From: Cyanidioschyzon merolae
Lineage: Eukaryota
DNA length: 64,000 nucleotides
Assembly (NCBI GenBank): GCA_000091205.1
Contig: AP006497.2
Reading direction: 5' to 3' (one strand)
Under the pieces are notes generated by a model, which was given only the letters and a program-made list of their open reading frames with translations, was not told the DNA's origin and searched no databases. Shown piece by piece: positions 10,390 through 18,714 of this stretch. Numbering within the stretch: position 1 is the stretch's first letter; each line of letters starts with the position of its first letter. A program made the translations under genes and the position numbers.

Positions 10390-11663
10390 TCCATTGCGAG
10401 CCTTAGCTCGACGTAGTTTCAAAGCCATAGGCGCGTCTGTCGCCTGCGGCCGAAACTTCACGGCAGCGTAGGTTAAGCTCGACATCGTATCCTTTTTTTC
10501 GCGCAATCTCAATTATATTCGGACGCGGCCCCCGCCTGCAGTCCATCGTACTGTTCATCAGACGGTGGACACCATCGAGACCCGAGAACCCATACCAGTA
10601 AAATGCGTCCTCAGTGACGGGGAAGCAGTCGCATGGTCTTAGTTGAGGGTGCGAACCAATCCAGTGTTCACTAGCAAACCGACCGAGCCCTATGCAATAT
10701 TCCGGAAGCTTTGCAGACTTGAGCTCTGTTCTCGGAATATCCGGCGCATACAGCATGGAGATATAACTACAGTTTGCCCACCACATATTCCCAGGAAAAT
10801 GAGCGTGCGGATACTCTGAGAAGCGGAGACTACAAGCGTCGCATGATTGAAGCGCCATGGCGCTCAGGCAACCCTGGGGCTTTCGCAGCACATAATGCCC
10901 AACGGCTTGTCGATACTTTTCATTTCGAATGCTCGGATGAAACGAACCCTTTGGATGGAAGTATAAAACGAAGACACTTTTGCCTTTCAGTTCCGCAACT
11001 GTGCAGAACCTGTGTAGAGCCGCAAGCGTAACTTCCTCGTTCCCGATCGGGCTCAACTGCTCGTATACGACTGGTGCACTTGTCCACTTCTCGATTCTTT
11101 CCAACCCTGACAGGTTAGTCCCGAAAGCGAACACGTGCAGAGCATCGATTTTGATTCCGCTTGATTCGAGCCAGGATAGTTGCTCTTGCGCTATACGTGG
11201 CGTCCCTGAGTTCCAGAAAACGTTATAAAAAGCGTGTAACTCTAGCCCTCTGTTCCCTCTCGAGACTAGAGTGGAATGGGAGAACTTTGACAAGCTGCGC
11301 AGGGCCACTGCAACGACAATGACTCCCAAAATAAGCGCGCTAATATATATACGAGGTTTCGATACCATCAACCTCATTAAGGCAACAGCCAGTGACAGCA
11401 CAAGACTGAAGTCGCTTGGAAAACAATGCGTGCCAAATTTGCTGGCGCCAAGTTGCGTCTTGGTTATTCTTTCAACTCTGTTCTGGGCCACTCCCATTGA
11501 GTGTAAATGCGTGGTTCTACACAGTGTATTGCAGACGACCGAACTAACTTTGCGATGTACCGTTTAGATCGTAGGCGAATTTCCTATGAATACATTCTTG
11601 ACCGCGCAGTGCAAAGAGGACTTGCATTCGTCCTTGAGGTGAGTCATACGACAGTACTCAGAT
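10390..11663. repeat. Right arm of the perfect inverted repeat
   Basis: Reverse-complement identity to 8424-9697. Confidence 0.85.
10403..11497 (-). CDS. Type II membrane protein of unknown function, identical copy 2
   Basis: Identical 364-aa translation to 8590-9684, on the opposite strand. Confidence 0.55.
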   Translation of the reverse strand: MGVAQNRVERITKTQLGASKFGTHCFPSDFSLVLSLAVALMRLMVSKPRIYISALILGVIVVAVALRSLSKFSHSTLVSRGNRGLELHAFYNVFWNSGTPRIAQEQLSWLESSGIKIDALHVFAFGTNLSGLERIEKWTSAPVVYEQLSPIGNEEVTLAALHRFCTVAELKGKSVFVLYFHPKGSFHPSIRNEKYRQAVGHYVLRKPQGCLSAMALQSCDACSLRFSEYPHAHFPGNMWWANCSYISMLYAPDIPRTELKSAKLPEYCIGLGRFASEHWIGSHPQLRPCDCFPVTEDAFYWYGFSGLDGVHRLMNSTMDCRRGPRPNIIEIARKKGYDVELNLRCREVSAAGDRRAYGFETTSS

Positions 11664-12957
11664 GGTTGAACAATACTGGAAGAAATAGGGATATGCGTCC
11701 AGCGCAGTAAACCGATATTCTCGAAGACTGCCCGCTGTCAATGCTAGAAAACGACCCGTTGATTACCATACGGAATGCAGAAAGCGACGATAGTAGCCGC
11801 CACGAGTATCCCTGTTTCTCAACAGCGTGTTCGTGTAGTCCTCATAACACCAGGATTCAGTCGCAAAAAAGTCCGATTTACGTCACGGCCATCTTCCACC
11901 GAAATCGCAATGACAGCGTGCACGGAACGCCGCGATCGATATGAAGCAAAGGGATGTCGGTTTGTTTCAGTCGATGAAACTTCTTTGGTACGACACCCTA
12001 GGGGCGTCTATTGGTAATATGCGGAGAGGAAGCCCGTTGTTTGTACGATCGAACTCAAAGAGAATGAAGATATCTTTTTTTCTAGCTTCAATGGATTCAT
12101 TCGGTGGCCTCGGTTTTGCTCGTGGTGATGGCTCGTACAAGAGCACAAATCAATTCGGTGAATCATTGAAGAATTTCCCCTGACGTCTGGTGACGTCCAT
12201 CTATTGAAAAATGTGACATTGCACCATTCCCCTTGGGGGCGAGCTTTTGCCGATTCTATCAGGGAAGAGCTGCTTTTCATTGCTCCGTGCTCTACGTGTT
12301 CCAAACTATTCGAAAGAGTGTTTCCTATCGTGAAACGTAATGATCGCTCCACTGGCCGAGTCGCTGAAGCGTTCAGCGCACGGTGACTCCGGGGTGCATT
12401 CGGTTATTCTTGCGCAAGTGCTTCTCCGTCAGAGAAGGCCCTAACCTAAGGGCATGAGGAAGTGCTTTCATTTTCAAAAATAAAAAATCCAAGGGAAAGT
12501 TATGGAAATGGAACTCAAGTATCCTAGAAGCCCGATGTCGCCGGCAGCGTGAAAAATCGAAAAAATTCTTTCCTCGCTGACCATCGAGCGAAGAAGAGCA
12601 AGATATGAGGAGAAAGAAGAGGGAGATATGAGAGAAAAAGTATTTTCCCGACGGGAAAATCGCTAGACTGTAGTGACACCGAGGGCAAGAGTTCGAGGAC
12701 GCCTTCCACTGGTGTGTTCAAGCAGAGGCAAGAAACGCATGGAGTTCGCGACCCGAGACTTCGACGCCGCCATCAATATTAGGAGATGTGCGGTGCTGAA
12801 GAGGAGACCTGAGGAGCTGACGCGAGCGAACTTTGTGGGGCAGCCCCTCAAGCTCGAAGTGGACACGGAGAAGCTGAAACCGATAGCGAGGGTCGGTCAA
12901 AAAATGGCTCGGAGGCGTCTGCGGATGGGTAGATATATTTATCCTCCATGGTTATGA
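11664..12957 (+). mobile_element. Degraded TnpB/Fanzor-like element, copy 2 (frameshifted)
   Basis: ORF pieces 11741-11944, 11775-12017, 11941-12183, 12204-12386 ('IAPCSTCSKL', CxxC-like) and 12673-12957 ('EFATRDFDAAINIRRCAVLKRRPEELTRANFVGQPLKLEV'). Its 3' end 'cctccatggttatgaa' matches the other copies. Confidence 0.5.
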
Positions 12958-13892
12958 AATGCTTATTGTTTCAGTGACCGTTATGTGTACAATGCCGAGA
13001 ATATCATTGTCGGCTCTTTCTGGCAATGCGTTGCAGTTGAGTCAATCATACTGAACAACTACTACCCGTCGTAAAATAATGGAGAGAGCATATCTTTATC
13101 TTACAAGCAGAATCCAATGGATAGAACGAAAAACTCTAGAATAGGTCGAGCAATGCTGCATCTTTCGTTGCTTCCGAGTTGCTGCGAATGAGCTGTTTGT
13201 CGGCTCTTTGCATCACTGCAGATTCTCTGCAGCCGTCACGCCCGTCTGAGCCGAGTATTGACGTAGAGCAGCTATATTATCGACGAACCAGTCAAGGTTT
13301 TCGGTACTGGAAAATATCTTTTGCTACTTCGAGCGATCGGATGCACTCTGTTTGAAGAGCCTCACAGGTGGCTTTCCAGGATTTTCTTCTGAATGGCTCT
13401 CGGTTTCATTGTAGACTGACGCGTGACCGGACTCTAGCTATCCGAACCAATCGACTCTACGTGGGTATTTCAAACTTCAAATCTAAACTCGAAGAAGCTA
13501 AAAACATGCCAAAGAAAAACGTGACACTTGGTCAGGTCAGCTGAGTACCTGATCCCTTTGAGCGCACAGTTTTCTACAAGACCATCTCCAGAACCCAATT
13601 TTGTTGCTCAAAAAAACCCACTTTTTGGTTAAGAAGCTGCGAGCTTGACTGCAGACTGTATCGACGAACTGAGGAACTCTCACTTGTACAGCATGATAGC
13701 GCACAGCTTTCGATGCGCAGCGCTTTGAGCAGCCTAGAGCCGAGTGGATAGCCAGAAGCATGATGATTGCACGTTGCATCGCGCAATGATATTGGTAAAA
13801 TATTTGCTCTGTCTTTGTTCGTATAGTTTTGTTGTGGTCTAGTTTGTTTAATTCACCTGTATAAGAAAGCGTACGGATAGTTTCCGCAGTGG

Positions 13893-16148
13893 ATGGAAGC
13901 ATACCTCTCAGCACCTTCACGACCGAGTGTGACGCTTTCTGAATTCTCTGGTCGCCGGGTTTGCCAGACGAAACGGAACGATTCTCTTCTGGGCGCTCGG
14001 GGGAGGTTTGCACCGGGCACGTGGGAGCGCGTAGTGCTCGGGCGTCGCGGTGGTTCCCGTACAGTCAGTCGTTTGCCTCAAGTGCGTGCAACAGCTACTG
14101 CTGGGGTATCGCTAGTGAAGCCAAAGCAGACGGGGAACGCGTTCGCTGACCTCTGCATCAACAGCATTCGTTTCCTGGCTGTCGACGCCGTAGAGAAGGC
14201 GAACTCTGGACACCCTGGAGCGCCCATGGGTCAGGCCCCGCTCGCGTTTACTCTTTGGGACAAGTATCTGCGCTTTAACCCCAAGAATCCGAACTGGGTC
14301 AATCGCGATCGTTTTGTGCTAAGCTGTGGTCATGGGTCTATGCTTCAGTATGCTCTGCTTTACCTTTATGGATACGATCAACCAACAATGGACGATATCA
14401 AAACTTTCTGTGAATTTGGTTCTTGCGCTACGAGTCACCCCGAGAACTTTCTTCTTCCTGGCGTTGAAGTGACCACAGGGCCTCTGGGCTCTGGCGTGGC
14501 ACAGGCTGTTGGTCTCGCTATCGCCGAAGCGCACCTCGGAGCAATGTTCAACACCCCAGAGGAGAAGCTGATTGACCATTACACCTACTTCATTATGAGT
14601 GATGGATGCATGCAAGAAGGAGTAGCTGCAGAGGCCGCATCTTTGGCAGGCCATTTGGGACTGGGGAAACTAATCGGGTTTTTCGATGATAACAAGATAA
14701 CTTACGATGGACCAACAGACCTTGCGTTTAGTGAGGATGTCGTATCTAGATTCAAATCGTATAACTGGCAGGTAATTAGCATTGCAGATGGAAACACAGA
14801 CATCGACAACATCTCGAAAGCAATCGAGGAGGCGCAAAAAGATCTGACACGACCATCACTAATCATAGTTCCGACAACAATTGGTTTTGGCTCACCAAAA
14901 CACGCGAACAAAAGGACAGCACATGGAGAACCTTTCGGATCTGACGAAGTCAAGGCAACGCGGGAGAATCTTGGATGGAAATATGCTCCTTTCGAGGTCC
15001 CAGAGGAGGTGCTGAAACATTGTCGCCGCAAGATCCAAGAGGGGGCACGTCTTGAACAGGAATGGAATGAGCTCTTGCAGCGGTACAAGAGTAAGCACCC
15101 AGAACAGGCTGCACTATTCGAGCGGATGGTGATTCGCAAGGAGAAGAGCCCTGGTTGGGAAAAGGCCCTCAAGGATTGTGCGGCAAAGACAGGCTCCATG
15201 GCTACGAGGCAAGTCTCCGGCGCAATGCTCAATGCGCTCGCTGCGGTGATGCCGGAGATCATCGGGGGATCTGCAGACCTGGCCCCTTCGAACAACACGC
15301 TCCTGAAGGGCTTTGGCGATTTCTCTCGTAACAACTACAAAGCCAAGAATATGCGCTTCGGTGTCCGCGAGGCAGCGATGACTGCGATCACCGCGGGCAT
15401 CAAGCTCCACAACACTGGACTGTTTCCCTACTGCGCGACTTTTCTGATATTCACCGATTACGCCCGGGGCATGCTCCGCCTTGCTGCCCTCTCCGAGGCG
15501 GGAATCACGTTCATTACAACGCACGACTCCGTCGCCTTAGGCGAGGATGGCCCCACGCACCAGCCCATCGAGCATCTGGCTAGCCTGCGAGCTATGCCGA
15601 ATGTGTACACGTTCCGTCCGTGCGATGCGAACGAGTGCGCAGCTGGCTATGCGCTCTCGATCCGGCATGATGACAAAGTCGTTCTGTTGGCGCTCACGCG
15701 ACAGAAGACGAACAAGCTCGAGACATCCTCATACGATGGTGCCCTGCGCGGAGCGTACGTGGTTTCGGATAATAGCCCTGCGGGCAAGCACCCGGATGTG
15801 ATCCTTATCGGAACAGGCTCCGAGGTGGACGTCGTCGTGGAGGCCGCCGATCAACTACGAACTAGCGATGCTTTGAATGTGCGCGTGGTGTCGATGCCCT
15901 GCATGGAGCTCTTTGAGGACCAGGATGCAGCTTATCAAGAGTCTGTGCTTCCTGCTGCCGTGCCTCGCAGCCGGAGGGTCGTATGTGAGGCTGCCTCAAG
16001 CTTCGGCTGGTCGAAGTATGCGGATCACTTTGTGTGCATCGATCGCTTCGGAGCGTCCGGCAAAGGGCCTGACCTGATGAAGTACTTTGGGATCACGCCG
16101 TCGAACGTAGCGAAGAAGGCGCGAGAGGCTGCAGGAAAAGGCGTTTGA
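13893..16148 (+). CDS. Transketolase-like protein, copy A, with substitutions at catalytic and cofactor residues in aa 145-345 and an N-terminal extension
   Basis: 751-aa ORF, identical to copy B outside aa 145-345. Within that patch 'SMLQYALLYLYGY' has Tyr where His is conserved, 'IMSDGCMQEG' replaces the GDG motif with SDG, and 'ITYDGPTD' has Pro where His is conserved. Confidence 0.8.
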   Translation: MEAYLSAPSRPSVTLSEFSGRRVCQTKRNDSLLGARGRFAPGTWERVVLGRRGGSRTVSRLPQVRATATAGVSLVKPKQTGNAFADLCINSIRFLAVDAVEKANSGHPGAPMGQAPLAFTLWDKYLRFNPKNPNWVNRDRFVLSCGHGSMLQYALLYLYGYDQPTMDDIKTFCEFGSCATSHPENFLLPGVEVTTGPLGSGVAQAVGLAIAEAHLGAMFNTPEEKLIDHYTYFIMSDGCMQEGVAAEAASLAGHLGLGKLIGFFDDNKITYDGPTDLAFSEDVVSRFKSYNWQVISIADGNTDIDNISKAIEEAQKDLTRPSLIIVPTTIGFGSPKHANKRTAHGEPFGSDEVKATRENLGWKYAPFEVPEEVLKHCRRKIQEGARLEQEWNELLQRYKSKHPEQAALFERMVIRKEKSPGWEKALKDCAAKTGSMATRQVSGAMLNALAAVMPEIIGGSADLAPSNNTLLKGFGDFSRNNYKAKNMRFGVREAAMTAITAGIKLHNTGLFPYCATFLIFTDYARGMLRLAALSEAGITFITTHDSVALGEDGPTHQPIEHLASLRAMPNVYTFRPCDANECAAGYALSIRHDDKVVLLALTRQKTNKLETSSYDGALRGAYVVSDNSPAGKHPDVILIGTGSEVDVVVEAADQLRTSDALNVRVVSMPCMELFEDQDAAYQESVLPAAVPRSRRVVCEAASSFGWSKYADHFVCIDRFGASGKGPDLMKYFGITPSNVAKKAREAAGKGV

Positions 16149-16447
16149 GGACGCCGCGGAAGCAGCGGTTCTGTGCCGGGCAAAGATTTTCAAGCGGCGT
16201 TTGCTGCGGCAACGCTCTGCGGAATGGGAACGCTTTGGAAGAGAGTATTCTTGCAGGGTCTAAACACGGCTGTAGTATCCCGCGTGATCACGTTGGGCCT
16301 CATCGTTCTCGTTCGCAAATGCGTTCCGTAGAACGTGCTGTTCTCTAGGGTAACAACGGCTGGGTACGCGGCAGCTGCATCGCCTCTGGGCTGGAGCGGG
16401 TCCTGCGGTTTTGAACCGTTGTCCACCTCGAAGGTTTTCTCCCGCCG

Positions 16448-16963
16448 ATGGCGTCCGGGTTGGAGCACCTCCAACGGGCGCTCTGGAGACGGGGCCTTCC
16501 GTGCTTCAGCCTTGACTGGCTCACGCAAGCACACGAACGTTACCCAGACGTTGAAGAACTCGTAACGTTTGCTCTGGAAACAGTCGACTTTGAGGACCGG
16601 CGCGTCGTCGAGAGAGGCAGCCTTCCTGCGGAGGCACAGCCAGCGCTGCTCTCCAAGGAAGACGGCGTGGTCGTTCCCATACGCGGGGAGCTTCTCGTTT
16701 TTCAGGTGCTGGACGTTGCGGACGTCAGCGCCGCTGAGGAAAAAGCGGATCTTCCAAGCGGGCCCGAGCGCACTCTGAAGCTTCTGCTGACGGACGGTCG
16801 CCTCGAGTTGGCCGCTATCGAGGACGCTCCGATACCGGACCTCGGAACGAGTCTCCCTCGTTGCACGAAAGTCTGTGTGCGGAAACCTATGCTGCTGCAC
16901 GGGTTGCTGGTGCTGCGTCCCGAGAACACGTCCGTAGTGAGGCCTCGGCCGAGCTGCATATAG
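16448..16963 (+). CDS. RMI1-like DUF1767/OB-fold protein, copy A. Possibly only part of the gene.
   Basis: 'LKLLLTDGRLELAAIEDAPIPDLGTSLPRCTKVCVRKPMLLHGLLVLRPENTSVV' resembles the RMI1/TDRD3 OB-fold signature. The region is GC-rich with long ORFs on both strands, so the exact gene model is uncertain. Confidence 0.4.
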   Translation: MASGLEHLQRALWRRGLPCFSLDWLTQAHERYPDVEELVTFALETVDFEDRRVVERGSLPAEAQPALLSKEDGVVVPIRGELLVFQVLDVADVSAAEEKADLPSGPERTLKLLLTDGRLELAAIEDAPIPDLGTSLPRCTKVCVRKPMLLHGLLVLRPENTSVVRPRPSCI

Positions 16964-17641
16964 AAGGAGTGGCTGCGGCTGCCGCTTGGGCGTATCGCAA
17001 ACGAGTTCTTGGTGATGCATCGGGCGAGCAGCTGCCGCGTCCAGCTCGAGTGTCGGACCGAATATCGCCTGTTTGATGATGTATCTGCGTGGAGCTTTCG
17101 AGATGGATACGCTTGTACGAAAAATGATCGTAGGTGTGGCATGCCTGCATGCTCGAGACACCGGCAGGATGCGTTCTACGACTGTGCCTCGGAGGCTCGT
17201 GCAGAACGCTGCCGAGACGTGCACACTGGCGCTGTGGCGCTTTCGGGCTACGGAAGTCTGGAAAGAGCGTTCTCCAAGCTTTGCACAACGCCTATGCCGG
17301 TACCTGCAAGACCACGCTGTGTCGTGAGGCACCCCTGGTTCCCATGGGTCATGCTTCAGAGCGCGAGTGAAGCGCCGCGGATGCTGCTCCATAGCAGAAT
17401 AGGTGCGGTGCTAGATCGAACTAGCGGCCTGATCTAATATGCACGCTGGTGCGTGAAAGTCTTCCATGCACATTTTGGGATATGGAATCGAGTGCGTAGC
17501 AGAAGATTGCGCAAGACTGTTTCGATGCATGCGAGTGCGCACGCTGTGACGCAGCAGGGGATTTGCGAGCCTCGGCTGGCAGGGCCCCCAGCCGGCGTCC
17601 ACGAGGGAATAGCTGAGCTGTCCCGTCTGTGTGTGGCGTTC

Positions 17642-17646
17642 GCAGT

Positions 17647-17685
<39 letters not shown>

Positions 17686-17687
17686 GC
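17642..17687. repeat. (GCAACA)n / (GCAGYA)n hexanucleotide microsatellite
   Basis: 'gcagtagcagcaacagcaacagcaacagcaacagcaacagcagcg'. Copy B (31942-31987) differs by two substitutions. Confidence 0.9.
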
Positions 17688-18714
17688 GCTCGACTCCAGA
17701 GCAAGCGCTCACTGAAGAAACGCCACCGGGTAGGGCATCTATGCAGCGAACCATAATCCTCAGAGCGAAGTCTGGAGACTGGTGTGTGGAACACGGTGGA
17801 TCTGGTGCGGAATGATATCTGCTTCCGTAAATGCCGATTGGAATCGAGACATTTAGGGATCCCCTATAAGATTCAAGGATCCTGCGCTACTGAAGAACAA
17901 CTTGCGGGGACTCACCGAGGATCCATCGTCGTGTCCGAACGATCGCGGCGAAGGATGCAAACGCATGATCTCCCCAGTCACGCATAATGCCACGGACGGA
18001 AGGTGCATAAGATATTTCGATTCCAGTTCTATTCGTGCACGCATGAGCTCCCTAGTCACGCATAATGCCACGGAGTAAAAGTACACAACGTATCTAGATT
18101 CCGGTTTACTTCTTGCGCTTCTTGTTCATACTGTTGCAAGGCGAAATCGTCGGTGTTCGCAGTTATTCACGGGTATAACGCCGAAATTTGCGATACCCTG
18201 ACGCTTACCGGTGGGCGGGAGCCCTCCTGTGGACACACTCGGCGATACTCGGTGCATGGGCTGTAGATCACAGGCGGACGATCGTTAAAGGTCGCTGTGA
18301 TTTTAGTGTTGCCCATACCTCTACGCGTGGAAGTCATCCCCAGAGGGCGGCTCTCGAGCGCGCTGCCCTCGGTGACTCGGAGCGGCGCATGGTCTCCGCA
18401 CTGGTAGCGATGATGCAGGAGCATCACTCGAGCGCAACCTGTGTACGCCCCTCTCGGGCACCAGTCTGCGTAAATCTACCAGAAAAATATTCGATCGTCT
18501 CTGCCGTAGGTGTCTTGCTCGACAGTGCGGTCAGCGCGGTGCATTGGATGCGCGGAGCTGCCCCTGGGATGGTCCGCTTGGTTTCGGGTTGTGCGCGGGT
18601 CTTCCAGTGACCCCTCGCGTCCACAGAAGCATCAGGCCGGTGTCACGTAGAGCGCTCCAGTTGCTGCGAGCCTGTGGATCCTGCACTAGCCGAGCACCGA
18701 CTGGGCGCTCAAGG

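Noticed and set aside
16190-17392. 400-aa minus-strand ORF rich in Arg, Pro and Ala
   Set aside because: It overlaps the better-supported + strand RMI1-like ORF and has the composition expected of an antisense frame in GC-rich coding DNA. No recognisable motif. Treated as spurious.
17642-17687. Possible CRISPR-like or minisatellite array
   Set aside because: It is a simple hexanucleotide microsatellite of about 7 units with no spacers. The other short tandem duplications (36501-36535 'gtgccttccacgag' x2; 17975-18074 'agtcacgcataatgccacgga' x2) are isolated two-copy repeats. No CRISPR-like structure anywhere in the window.
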